In this document: in pieces, positions 39,539 to 52,832 of the stretch
How the letters are laid out: each line of letters opens with the position of its first letter
Position numbering within the stretch: position 1 is the first letter of the stretch
Assembly: GCF_036321535.1 (NCBI RefSeq)
Contig: NC_087436.1
Location: forward strand, 33,544,001-33,608,000
DNA: 64,000 nucleotides
Direction of reading: 5' to 3'
Source of the DNA: Camelus dromedarius
Lineage: Eukaryota
The notes under the pieces: model-generated
The model's database searches: none
What the model was told of the DNA's origin: nothing
The model's input: the letters and a program-made list of their open reading frames with translations, nothing else
Made by a program: the position numbers and the translations under genes

Positions 39539-40773
39539 GTCCACATGAGATTTGTAGGTAAATGTTCATAGCAGCATTACTCATAGTAGCCAAACCAGGA
39601 AATACTCCAAATGTCTATCAGATTGTGCACAGAGAAACAAATGTGGTATATCAATATAATAGAACTACTTATCAATAAAAGGAAACAAACTATTGATAAA
39701 TGCCACAATGTGAATGAATCTCAAAAATCAAATAATAAATATTTTATCAGTAATAGAAGCCAGATGCAAAAGACCACATGTTGCTTGATTCCAATAATAT
39801 GAAATATACAGAAAAAGCAAATTTACAGTCGGAAAGCAGATTAGTGGTTATCTAGGGCTGCAGTTAGGAAAGGATTAACTGCATACAGGTACAAGGTAAC
39901 TATTTGGGGTGGTGGAAGTGTTCTAACAGATGTCAGTGATGGTTGCTGCATTCAGTTTTATTGAAACCACTGGATTGTACATTTACAATGCAAAATATAT
40001 TTTATAGTACATTAATTATCGCTCAATAAAACTTGGGGTTGGTGGAAGCAACTGCAGTATGAAAAACTCTTTGTCATTTAATTCCTACAAATTTGAGGAT
40101 TGCCTTTCATCAGATCAATTCTTATTATATGTCAGTTCCTGAAATAATTCCTGTTGCTACAGAGAAGAAAGAAGCTGGTCAGCTAGATTTGGGTCATGTG
40201 ACAAACTCTGCATCTGGAGCCTTTGGTCATTCTCTCCTGATCAATAGGAAAATTGTGCGGAAGTTACTTCACCAAAGGGAATTAGTAGAAGGAGAATAGA
40301 TAGATGCCAGGCGGGCAGAACAATAGTAAAAAGAGGAGAGAAAGGGCAAGTATACCACCATTTCCAAGGGATTGTAAAGTTCGGCTTTAATTGAAGCTGA
40401 GTACTTCCCTTTGTCAGGCTAAGATAGAAGCCAAAATATTAGAAGCCAGTATTGGGTACCAGAAGCAAAGAGAAGTAGGGATGTCATCAGTGGGTCTGAA
40501 ATCTTCGTATTCAGTATACAGAGAAGACTGGGATACCTGGACTTCTCTTCATTGCATGCAGGTCTTGGGGTGCACAGACAGGTCAGTTCCTAGGCTGGGC
40601 ATCTGTAGCTTTAGCATGATCCACAGTCCTGGAACGAAAACCATATGGGGAAAATTTTTTTCCTTTTTAAGTTAAGATAAAATTAGCCTCTAACAATGAA
40701 AGAAGGCAGAGAGAAAATGCGGTTATATTTTATTCTTAATTGTAGTTGAACATCATTTAACCTTGTTCTCTTT

Positions 40774-41791
40774 TTTCTTTAAGCATTTTTTTATTGAGTT
40801 ATAGTCATTTTACAATGTTGTGTTAAATTCCAGTGTAGAGCACAATTTTTCAGTTATACATGAACATATATATATTCATTGTCACATTTTTTTTTCGCTG
40901 TAAGCTACCACAAGATCTTGTATATATTTCCCTGTGCTATACCATATTATCTTGTTTATCTAATCTACATATGCCTGTCAGTATCTACAAATTTTGAACT
41001 CCCAGTCTGTCCCTTCCCATGTCCCCCACTTGGCAACCACAAGTTTGTATTCTATGTCTATGCGTCTGTTTGTGTTTTATATTTGTTTTTGTTTTTTTTT
41101 TAGATTCCACATATGAGTGATCTCATATGGTATTTTTCTTTCTCTTTCTAGCTTACTTCACTTATCTCCAGGAACATGCATGTTGCTGCAAATGGCGTTA
41201 TGTTGTCTGTTTATATGGCTGAATAGTATTCCATTGTATAAATATACTACCTCTTCTTTATTCAGTCATCTGTTGATGGACATTTAGGCTGTTTCTGTGT
41301 CTTGGCTTTTGTAAATAGTGCTGCTATGAACATTGGGGTGCAGTTGTCATTCTGAAGCAGAGTTCCTTCTGGATATATGCCCAGGAGCAGGATTCCTGGG
41401 TCAAATGGTAAGTCTATTTCTTAGTCTTTTGAGGAATCTCCATACTGTTTTCCACAGTGGTTGCATCAAACTGCATTCCCACCAGCAGTGTAGGAGGGTT
41501 CCCCTTTCTCCACAGCCTCTCCAGCATTTGTCATTTGTAGACTTTTGAATGATGGCCGTTCTGACTGGTTTGAGGTGATACCTCTTTGTAGTTTTGATTT
41601 ACATTTCTCTGATAATTAGTGATATTGAGCATTTTTTCATGTGCCTATTGATCATTTGTATGCCTTCCTTGGAGAATTGCTTGTTTAGGTCTTCTGCCCA
41701 TTTTTGGATTGGGTTGTTTGTTTTTTTCTTATTAAGTCATATGAGCTGCTTATATATTCTGGAGATCAAGCCTTTGTCAGTTTCATTTGCA
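40774..41791 (-). mobile_element. Lineage-specific 5'-truncated L1 with 16-bp TSD
   Basis: TSD taaccttgttctcttt (40758-40773) and taacctttttctcttt (41792-41807), one mismatch. The right copy is followed by 'aaa', giving an L1 endonuclease-type TT/AAAG site on the minus strand. Confidence 0.95.
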
Positions 41792-42339
41792 TAACCTTTT
41801 TCTCTTTAAAGGCAGCTGGAGTAAATTCCAATACTCTAACATGTCTTTGACAAAGGACTAGATGTTTTTTCAGGGCAAAGTTGAAAAATAAATCAGTGAG
41901 CTGGAGATCATTTCCATGATCTGTCTCTGCCATGTGCTAACTCTGTTATGGCACTAACATGCCATTTAATGTATCTGAGCTTTAGTTTGCTCATTATACA
42001 TTTATTAATGCAATATTTTTTCGACCTTCTTTACAAGAAGTGAGAGACTATATGAAATCCCACAGTAAATTGCAGAGCTCTTTAGAAATTAAAGGTATAT
42101 TTTATTTAACTTGAACATAAATCCATACATTTATTATCCCTAAAAAGCATGCTAACTTTTTAACATATATTGTAATACCTCTGAAACAACCTCTAAATAT
42201 ATACTATAGAAATCCTGCTCAAAAATGCCAAGTGTTTTTTCAAGAGTGAAAAAAACTTAAATATCCTATTGAGTGTGTAGTTTTTTTTTTTAATAATTTG
42301 CCTGTCAGAATATATTTCTTACAGGTTTTATTTTAAATT

Positions 42340-43720
42340 ACTAAAATTTTTATTTTAGAAATATTGCAAAAATAGTACAGAGAGTTTCCATCTACACCAT
42401 ATATAGTTTCCCCTATTTTTAACATCTGATACCAGTATGGTGTATTTGCCACAATCAAATAAGTAGTACTGGTTCAGTATTATTAACTAAAGTCCACACT
42501 TTATTCAGATTTCCTTAGTTTTTGCCTAGTATTCCTTTTTTGTTCTAAGATTTTGTCTAGGATTCACACTACATTTAGTTCTTGTTTTTTGATGACCTTA
42601 CCAGTTTGAAGGCCTACTGGTCAGTTATTTTACAGAATGTCTCTCAACTAGGATTTGTCTTATTTTTCCTCATGATTACGCTGGGTTATGTTTGGGGAAG
42701 GAAGACCACAAACTAACATGCCATTTTAATCATATCATATCAAGTGTATATACTATCAATATGGCTTATAATATTGATACCAATCTTGACAAGCTGGTTG
42801 AGGTGTTGTTAGCTTTCACTATTATATAGTTACTCTTGTATCCTCCCTTTCCATACTGTGATCTTTGGGCGTCAGTCACTATGTGTAGCTCAAGCTTAAA
42901 GAAGGGGCAATTATACTCCACCTCCATGAGCATAAAATTTCATAAATTATTTATAATTCTTTGGCGTGGGAGATTTGTCTGTTGCCTATGTATTTATTTA
43001 TTCAATCATTTGTATCAGTTGAAATCTAAGTATGTATTTTAAACTTTGAGCTATAATCCAGTAATGTTTTACTTATTTTGTTGCACAAATTATTCCATCT
43101 TTGGCCATCTGGAAGCTCTTTTAATGAATCTTGCTTTCCTTTGACATACCTCTATGATTGTACAGTTTGCTTACTTCGAACACTTCCTTACTTTCTGGCA
43201 GTACACAATTTTGAGGCTCATCCTGTGTATTTCCTGCCCCAGTCATAGAATCAACCATTTCTCCAAGAAGTCATGGTTCTTTTTATTGGAGAATGGTATT
43301 AAAAGGTAGGTGTGGTCTCTGCTGTTAATGAGTTCTTGCTTTTGGGTCTCTCAGCTGGCAAAGCAGGGAAATGGATGTGTGTGTACTCACCCGTGTATAT
43401 ACATATCTCTATAAATATTTCTATATGTAACAAGCTATATTTATATTAAGCTGAACATGAGTTCATACTGATGTCTACACCTCTAATCCATTACCACATG
43501 GATCATCCCAGCCTCTTCCCTTTGCTTAAATATTGCCTCCCATGCCAACAGTGAGAAATCTGAATCCCTTCATTTGCCATAGATTTACTAAATTGTTCAA
43601 TCCCAGTGTAAATATGTCTGTTTTACGATCCTCTGACCTCCTAAGTGATTATTTTTTAAAATTTGCATTAAGTTTTACTCTTTATGTCATTGAGTTCTAT
43701 GGGTTTTGATAGATTTTTGA
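42340..43720 (-). mobile_element. L1MC/L1MD-like 3'UTR
   Basis: 'aaaaatagtacagagagtttcc', 'ttattaactaaagtccacactttattcagatttcc' and 'aggctcatcctgtgtatttcctgccccag'. Confidence 0.8.
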
Positions 43721-43914
43721 CAGTATCATTAATCTTGTTTTCTTTCAATCTTTTAATTATTTCACTTCTGTTTTCATTCTGGCCATTGACTTTGAAATTT
43801 ATCCTTCTAAATATATTTTTTAAATTTTTTTATTGAATGAAAGAGTCTTTAAACTCTAGTGCTTTACAAATTTCAAAAGTTTCACACATATGATTTCATA
43901 TAATCCAATAATAA

Positions 43915-44166
43915 ACCCTTTTTTCTCCCTACCCCTTTAATGTCCCTCCCCCTTCCCTCTTCCCAATTGTATCTCCTAGTTTGTTCTCTGTATCTGGAGT
44001 CTGTCTCTTGTTAAATTCACTAGTTATATTTTTTAGATCCCACTTATAAGTGATATCATACATAATTAGTCTTTCTGTCTCACTTATTTCACTTAGCATA
44101 ATGTCCTCCAAGTTCATCCATGTTGCTGCAAAAGGCAAAATGTCATTCTTTTTTATGGCTGAGTAG

Positions 44167-44197
<31 letters not shown>

Positions 44198-45297
44198 ATA
44201 CTCACATCTTCTTTGCCCATTCATCTGTTGATGGATATGATGGACACTTAGGTTGCTTCCATACCTTGGCAACTATAAATAGTGCTGTGATGAATATTGA
44301 GGTGCATGTATCTTTATGAATTAGTGTCTTTTTTTTTTCAGGTATATAACCAGGAGTGGGATTGCTGGATCATATGGTAGTTCTATTTTTAGTTTTTTGA
44401 GACCATACTGTTTTCCACAGTGGCTGCACCAAATTATATTCCCACCAGCAGCATATGAAGGTTCCCTTTTCTCCAGCTCTTAGCCTTGTTATTTCTGGTC
44501 TTTTTAATGACAGTCATCCTGACAGGAGTGAGGTGGTATCTCATTGTGGTTTTGATTTGCATTTACCTGATGATTAGTGATGTTGAACGTCTTTCCATGT
44601 ACCTGTTAGCCATCTGCTTTTCCTTTTCAAAAAAGTGTCCATTCAGTTCTGTCCATTTTTTAATCAGATTTCTTTTTTTTTGATGTTGAGTTGTGTGAGC
44701 TATTTATATATGTTGGATATTAACCCTTTATCAGTCATAACATTTGCAAATGTCTTCTCCCATTCAGTAGGTTGTTTTTTAGTTTTGTCAGTGGTTTCCT
44801 TTGCTATGCAAAAGCTTTTAAGTTCAGTTAGGTCCCATTTGTTTATTTTTGGTTTTGTTTCCTTTGCTTTAGGAGACAGATACAAAGAAATAGTGCTATG
44901 ATTTGTGCCAAAAACTTAACTGCCTTTGTTTTCCTCTAGAATTTTTATGGTATCTATGTTTTTATCTTTATGGAGTCTTACATTTAAATTTTTTATCCAT
45001 TTTGAGTTTATTTTTGTGTATAGTATTAGGGAATGTTCTAATTTCGTTCTTTGAAATGTAGCTGTCTGGTTTTTACCACAGCACTTATTGAAGAGATTGT
45101 GTTTTCTCTATTATATATTCTTGCCTTCTTTGTCATAGATTAATTGAGCATTAAGTATGTGGGTTAATTTCTGGGCTCTCTACTCTGTTTCATTGATCAA
45201 TGTGTGTTTTTGTGCCAGTACCATTCTGTTTGGATTACTGTAGCTCTATAGTATAGTCTGAAGTCAGGGAGTATGACTCCTCCAGCTCTGTTCTTTT
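43915..45297 (-). mobile_element. L1 ORF2 C-terminus and 3'UTR, containing (TG)12 at 44173-44196
   Basis: ORFs 43929..44138 (PFAATWMNLEDIMLSEIS) and 44700..44885 ([19 protein letters not shown]...QPTEWEK) are L1 ORF2. Confidence 0.93.
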
Positions 45298-46359
45298 CAC
45301 ATAGCAAGTATTATGGCTGAGAAATATAATGACCAGAAGATTCCAACTTTCTTCTCTGGCTAGAGGGTGGATCTAAAATAAGTAAAATAAAGAAATTTAC
45401 TAGAAGAATTGGGCAGCAGAGAGTAACAGAGAGTTAAGGGGGCATCTGGAGAAGGAGAAGGGTATTGAGAATCAGTACACTGAAAGAGAAAATGGGAGCA
45501 CAAGTTTGGCTGTCAATTTAATAGACTTTATGTAGGATATTCTTGAAGATTTTACTAGGTAAGACAGGATGGAACAAGCCCAGAGCAAACTCAGTTTACC
45601 CAGTGAGGTTCAAATTTGTTTTGGTTCCATGCCCCTCTTACCAGAATTAAACATTCTGTTGCCCCCAGACAACATTAGACAGAAAACTATATAAATTCTA
45701 AGTGCAATTTTGCTTATACTGTGCTAGGTGATTTCTTGTTGCAGTATCTATGTGGGAAAACTATGGAATGTATACTCTTCATGTAGTGCTGTATAAAGAA
45801 GATAGATTCATCCTTATATAGCAGTATTTGAATTAATCTGAAAAAAACCCCATGAGAATCTTGAATTAGAGGCTCATGAATATCATCAAATGATTAATTT
45901 TAATTTTTGTCATAAATCCTTGTTATATATCTAATCATCAAGTGGCATTACAGAAGGTGAAGTTTCATGGATGGATAAACATTATGAAACGTGCAGTCAG
46001 TTCAGCCAAAGCAAGCAAACCTTACTTAGAGGTGAGTAATATGTTTTTATATGGAGAAGCACTGAGTAAACTCTAAGAGGAGGTAGTTGGCTTAATTACT
46101 AAAATAATTAATTTCTTGGAAAAACTAAATGAATTATAAATAAAGCTAAAGACAAATCTTAAGGGTGAATAGCAGTGGAATGATAAAGAGAAGAAAAAGG
46201 AGTGAATAAAAGAATGAGTCACTTTGAAAATATGCTTTTTACTGATGCAGCATTTAAAAAAACCCAATCTCTGCTCCAAAGTTATTCTCCTTACGTGTTT
46301 TAGTAAAGCTATTTTGAAGGTAACATTTGTTTTCTTTATTCAAAATTTACAATACTAGT

Positions 46360-46540
46360 ATTAATAATTTATTGAGCAGTTACTATGAGCCAGGCATTGT
46401 GTTAATCTCTCTAGACATTACTTCACTGAAGTCCTCCCAAGGATCTTGTGAGGCTGGTATAATTGTCTCCAGACATGTCCAGACGCAGACACCAAGGCTT
46501 AACAAGTTTCCATGTTTGAGGTTCATGTTCACATAAGGAG
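46360..46540 (-). mobile_element. MIR SINE
   Basis: 'taatttattgagcagttactatgagccaggcattgtgtta...ttgtgaggctggtataatt'. Confidence 0.65.
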
Positions 46541-47665
46541 AAAAATCAAATTCAGTAATTATTTAAACCAAAGGTTTACTACAAAATTCAATTCTAAATA
46601 CTGTATTCATAGCAGCTTATTTTGAATTTGAGAAAAATAATGTCATAGTCTGCTTCTGGGAGAGGGGGCACCTGCATTGTAACAGCACCCACCATGAGTC
46701 TTAACTGCTCCTGTGGGGCTTATTTAGGAATCATTTAAATATTTAACCTATTTGTTAGGTATACTTAATATAGATACCTTTTAATCATACGAGTTAGTCA
46801 TTTTAATGGTGGTAAGTACTGAGGTCTAGAGAGATAAAACTCAAAGAACCCACTGTGTTTACTTATGCATATAAAATATGAAAGCATACATCTGAGGTGT
46901 ACAAATGCATAAAATATTATTTCAAAATGTATTTAAAATAAGATCTTGTACTTGATGTAAGAACAACATTCCAATCTCTCTCTTTGAATTGTGTCATCTA
47001 TATTGCAACAAGAAATTTTTGGAATCTCAGTTTTATTTAATGTAGGTCACATTTTTCTTCCAGTTCTAGAAAATCAGTGTGGCAGACTGTTGGAGCCATT
47101 GACAACTGTTCAAGCTAGCACACTGAATTCAAAAATTACCATCTGATAGGTGTAGCCATAGTGATAAATTTGTCACAATCTTACATTCTTTCCAACGTGG
47201 TTTAACAGTTTGGAATTCATTCTAGAACATATTCTGCAGTATTTATATTTCTGCCAATGTAAATTAAAAAAAAAAAACTGTCATCCTTTTGACATGTAAT
47301 TTTCCTCATAGTAGGTCAGACTTTGTATTTGTTTCTGGAACTTGCTGCAACCTCAATATTGGCCTGGAGGATATAAGGGTTGGTAGGAATCTATCCTGAG
47401 TAAAATTTTCATCTCCTTGAAAGAAGAATGATCAAAGCCTGCATTCAGTGATCTTCATATAAAGCAGGATTAAACTCATTAGATGGGGAAAATTATTCCT
47501 TCTGTTAGCAAGCAAACAACAGCTTCAGTAAGGGATTCCAGAGACTCAGACTCACCCAAATCCACCATAATTTGTCTACTCTAGTATTCAGATTCCCACT
47601 CTTCCAGCCAGGTTCCCAGATTCAACACTGAAAACCTGCTGAGCCTGTGATGTTAACTTACTTTT

Positions 47666-47799
47666 TTTAAACTGAAGTACAGTCAATTACAGTGTGTCTT
47701 TCTCTGGTGTACAGCACAATATTCCAGTCATGCATACACATACATATATTTGTTTTCATTTTTTTTCCATTACAGATTATTACAAGATACTGAACACAG
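47666..47799 (-). mobile_element. Short lineage-specific L1 3' end with 12-bp TSD
   Basis: Perfect TSD taacttactttt at 47654-47665 and 47800-47811. The body matches 51610-51740. Confidence 0.93.
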
Positions 47800-48089
47800 T
47801 AACTTACTTTTCAATGCTCTAAACCATTGAATCAAACTCAGTATCTGGTTTTCAGATTCATTGATTCAGGGTGACAGTTCCACCAATGTCACAGAAGCTT
47901 TATATAAAGGTGCTCTAATTGTGCCTTGAATGAATAATTTAAAATCCTGAACTTGTCATTTTGAAGCTCCCCAGTGCAGTCAGAATTCTAGCCTGGAGCG
48001 TCTGTAGGTTAAACATATCAACCAAAACAATATGTACATTTTATAATATATAAAGTATATAAGCACACTAATCCCATTAGCTTAGGGCC

Positions 48090-48210
48090 TCACACTTATG
48101 ACCTCATTAGCATTTACCCCTAAAGTTATCTCCAAATAGTGTCATATTGGAGGTTAAGGTTTCTACACGTGGATTTGGAGGAAGTGAAGGCCACAATTCA
48201 GTCCATATCA
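48090..48210 (-). mobile_element. MLT1A/B-type LTR 5' fragment
   Basis: 'tatctccaaatagtgtcatattggaggttaaggtttctacacgtggatttgg...cacaattcagtccatatca'. Confidence 0.7.
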
Positions 48211-49113
48211 TAGGATTTCTTTAAAGATTAAATGAGATCATTCATGCTAAGTATTAAACCTAGTAAGAGCTCAGTGTCTATTTTCATTGTTATGCTGCTG
48301 TTGTGAGTACAGAGCACCATCTGAAACAGGCCAGCCAGGTCCACTGCTCGACACCCACTGTGGATGGAGTTCACTGACTGAGGGACAAGGGAAGGAAGCC
48401 GTGGTGCTGACATGCAATAGCAGACCCGACTTTCAACAGATTTGCCAGAAAAATTTACATATAACATTTCCTCATTTCTCCAACTGAGATAATAAAAGAC
48501 AAACCCTCCTACCTTCCCACTTTCTTTTTAAGGAAAGGAAAAAGTATGCAAAATTGTAGGATGCCAGAATACTAGGCAAGCCTGACTAAAAAGAGAGATC
48601 CCTCCAGTCTTAAGTTTCAACCACCTACAAACGTAGCATTTGGCAAATGGCTGTGAAAAATGTGTCCTTCTGCATTTGGGTCTCTGAGTCCCCATTTGAT
48701 GTTTTATCTACACCCCTATAATCTACAAACACACAGACACCACCGTGCTAGTAAAGCAAACAAAAATGGAATGACCCTATTCAAATCACCGAGGGAAGAG
48801 TAACAATTCAATAAGTTAAATAAATGGTTTTAGGATAACTAATCTGCATTCCAAACAAAAAATTGATAAAGTTAAATGTGTGTTATATACCATACAAAAA
48901 TGAAGTCCACACAGTATTAAAGAGCTAAGTACAAAAAATAAAAGTAGAAAATACAGAATCTTTATAATTTTGGGATGAAGGAAGCCTTTCAAAAAAAAAG
49001 TCAAGAGGAAATCCAAACCAACTAATTGGTACTTTAATCAAAAGTATGAATGAACAACGAAATATTGACCAGCATATTAGGAAAGCCATTTGCTACAGAG
49101 AGGACCCAAAAAG

Positions 49114-49115
<2 letters not shown>

Positions 49116-49147
<32 letters not shown>
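49116..49147. repeat. Poly(A)32 tract
   Basis: Direct reading. Confidence 0.95.
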
Positions 49148-49152
<5 letters not shown>

Positions 49153-51599
49153 GCAAGAAGCAATAATTGGTGAAAATAATCTACAAATTAAAAAATAAAT
49201 CTAAAACTCTTTGAGTATACTCAGAGATTAGAGAAGCTGTTATATTTGCCAAATGATATCTCTTAAGGTGCTATTAAAAAAAAGTTTGAGAACTTTAAGG
49301 CCAAAGAGAAGCCAACCAACAGATAAGACTTCTCTGTGCAGTCAAGACTTTCATGTTATCTTTTCATTGTCTGTCTATCCAGTATGAGCTGATAGCCGAG
49401 GATCATTGGGCATTTGAAGGAGGGCCGTATATGACCATCAAGGGTCAATAGGGCCGGCTGGGCTGTAATGAATGCCAGGTCTTAGATTCCATAGGCTGAC
49501 TTGCTTACTCCGCACACATCACTTCCAAAGGGACTCAAGTCGATCCAAGTCAGTTTTGTCAGGCTAACTGCTTGTCAGTATGGATGCGTTAACTTGGGCA
49601 TGCAGATTGTTTGTCAAACATCTCACATCCAGTGTACCTTTTGCACAGTTCACGAACACATTCAAATAACTAGACAATGACTAGAATCTCCTTAATGCTT
49701 TTCTTCTGTTCTACATGCAAATTTTATATTTAGTCCTTTGTTTCACTCTCCTCAAGCCTCACTTTAATGCATGTCAGAAAGTATCATACTAAGGTGTGGA
49801 GTAGTATCTGGCTATGACTGAATTGTTGGTTTCCTCATTCAACCCACATTAGATTGTTGAGGAGAAAAAGAACAGGTTTCAAAGGAAAGGCAGGAATTCT
49901 TAAAATGTTGGCTTGGGGCCCTTGATTTTAAACTTATAACACTGTCAATATCTTTATTCCCCTATTAGTACTAACCAAGATGTTTTGAACAACATTAATA
50001 TGTATTATTTTGATATAAAATAGTCATATTTTGAGTTACATATATTTAAAATCTATTTAATGTCATTCCAAAAATATATACTTTGCACACGTACTCTAAG
50101 TGATTCAGAAATGCTGACTTTTGCCATGCCATTTTGTGCTTTTAATTCTATTTTATGAGTGTTTACTTTTAATATTCTCCCCTTTTCCCCCCTTAGGCCC
50201 ATGTTGCTGAGTTTATTGCTGAATGATTTCCTCCATTTATATAAATTCCCAGTCCACCTAGCTACATTTTTGTTACTCCTTTCTTCCACTCCTGTGCTCT
50301 GAATGCTTCCACCTCTTTTTCCAGACCACTGCTTTCACTACCTCACCAGAATTTCAAGCCAACATATGACTCAGCAATGAAATTGTACCCATTTACTATT
50401 TTCATTATTAATACACTTGAGAACAAAAATATATTTGGATGAAACAACACACTTTATGTAGAGAACACACAAATACTATGGACAACGTCAAATTGCACAT
50501 AATTGCAAACATCGCTTGAGAAATAACCTTGAAAATATGTTGGTTTTCTGTACAGCTTTCTCCTCTTGAGTAAATATGGTAAATAAAATACCTAATGAGG
50601 AAATACAAGGCTCTTAATTTTAGTTAAAAAAAAATAAAAGGTTTATGTAATGGTATGAATTGTTTAAAGAACAGGAAAGGTCATTTCTTTTGTTAACTAT
50701 GTAGATTTTGATGGGAAATACTGTGAGTACACAGTAGGTATAAAATTTTTAGAATGTTGCCAGGCTTAACTACAGGCGGCACCACTCACACAGACTATGA
50801 TAAGAGTGGACCACTTAATGTTTGTAAAATGCATAGCCAGGATAACTATATATATAGCATTCCTATCCGCCAGGCTTAAGTACAGAATGTATCAACAATC
50901 CATTTTTTAACATTGATGTATGTTTGTCTAATTAATGCACTACAATCTGATACACTATCAGATGTTTTCTTTCTGCATATATGAACAGCTTGCTCAAATC
51001 AAATCAAATAATGTGAAACATTTGGGAGCAAAATGTTATTTATCTAAAAAAATTATAAACAAATGCTTACAGAAGTGATAATATTAAATCATTTGAGATT
51101 TTTAAAAACTAGTTTTGAATAGGTAGAAACCTCTTTTTATCTCTTACTGGGAAAATGTTTGTATGTATTCCCATTCCACTGAAGTTAAAATGAACTAATC
51201 CAATACAGATAATATCTAGAATGTGGTAAGTACTTTTGAAAGATTTTCCATTGAGGAAAACAGAATAAAGTGCATTAGTCGTAGAGATACAGTGTGACCA
51301 GATACAAACATATCTAGCACCCAAAAAGAGTCCCTGTCCCAGTTAATATCTACCCAGGCCCAGCATCCTCTCAGAACCCTCTGCAGAGATAACTATTCCA
51401 ACTTTATCAGGTTATTTTTTTCTGTTCTTATAAAATTATCAAATATGTACAGTAAATAGGCTTTTGTGCCTCATTTTCTTTTCACAAAACATGGTTTCTG
51501 TGAGATCCATTCCTGTGGTCACTTGCATAATTCATTCTTTGTTATTACCATGTATATATATAGTCCAATATTACACCATAACTGATTCTAACTTTCATT

Positions 51600-52832
51600 T
51601 CTTTTTTAGCTGAAGTATAGTCAGTTACAGTGTGTCAATTTCTGGTGCAGAGCCATAATGTCCCAGTCATGCATATACATACATATATTTGTTTTCATAT
51701 TCTTTTTCATTAAAGTTATTACAAAATACTGAATATAGTTCCCTGTGCTATAGAGAAGAAATTTAAATATATATATATAGTGGCTAACATTTGCAAATCT
51801 CAAACTCCCAAATTTATCCCTTCCTACCTCCTTTCCCTGGTAACCATAAGATTGTCTGTGAGTCTGTTTGTTTTGTAGATGAGTTCATTAATGTCCTTTT
51901 TTTCTAGATCCCAAATATGAGTGATATCATATGGCATTTTTCTTTCTCTTTCTAGCTTACTTCACTTAGAATGATGGTCTCCAGGTCCATCCATGTTGCT
52001 GCTAATGGCATTATCTTATTCTTTTTATGGCTGAGTAGTATTCCATTGTATAAATTTACCACAGCTGCTTTATCCAGTCATCTGTTGATGAGCATTTAGG
52101 TTGTTTTCATGTCTTGGCTATTGTAAATAGTACTGCTATGAACATTGGAGTACATGTATCTTTTCGAATTCGAGTTCGCTCTGGATATATGCCCTGGAGT
52201 GGGATTTCTGGATCATATGGCAAATCTATTTTTATTCTTTTGAGGACTCTCCATACTGTTTTCCATAATGGCTGCACCAAACTACATTCCCACCAGCAGT
52301 GTAGGTGGGTTCCCTTTTCTTCACATCCTCTCCAGCATTTATTGCTGGTGGACTTTGGAATGATGGCCATTCTGATTATTGTGAAGTGATACTTCATTGT
52401 AGTTTTGATTTGTGTTTCTCTGCTAATTGGCAGTATTGAGTATTTTTTTCATGTGCCTTTTGGCCATGCGTATGTTTTCATTGGAGAATTGCTTGTTTAG
52501 GTCTTCTGCCTAATTTTGGATTGAGCTTTTTTTTTGTTGTTGTTACTAAGTTGTATGAATTGTTATATATTCTGGAAATTAAACCTTTATCAGTCACATT
52601 TGCAAATGTTTTCTCTCATTCCGTAGGTTCTCTTTTTGTTTTGCTTATGGTTTCCTTTGCTGTGCAAAAGCTTGTAAGTTTAGTTAGGTCCCATTTGCTA
52701 ATTTTTTTCTTTTATTTCTATTACCTGATAGACTGTTCTAGGAAAACATTGCTGAGGTTTATCGTGTCTTGTCTTATATTTAAATCTTTAAGCTGTTTTG
52801 AGTTTATTTTGTGTATGGTCTCAGGGAGTGTT
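51600..52832 (-). mobile_element. Lineage-specific 5'-truncated L1
   Basis: ORF 52107..52397 carries the L1 ORF2 CX3CX7HX4C motif ([18 protein letters not shown]). The 3'UTR is shared with the copies at 8692, 37720 and 40774. TSD not clearly resolved. Confidence 0.95.

Larger units (their letters stand above)
35790..40030 (+). mobile_element. Long decayed L1 (L1MB/MC-like) ORF2 to 3'UTR, interrupted at 37656-38870
   Basis: Collinear ORF2 motifs (EN end 'ttcttcagaatagactacatactagg', RT 'aacaaggatgtccatt', 'cctagaatagccaaaaca') through the 3' end 'attatcgctcaataaa'. Confidence 0.9.

Noticed and set aside
49116..49147. A32 as the tail of a processed pseudogene
   Set aside because: No upstream AATAAA, mRNA-like body or convincing TSD seen, so it is treated as a mononucleotide expansion.
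5146..52832. Recurrent 'cagttacagtgtgtcaatttctggtg' words as a possible CRISPR-like or novel repeat array
   Set aside because: The copies are dispersed, irregularly spaced and are all L1 3' termini.
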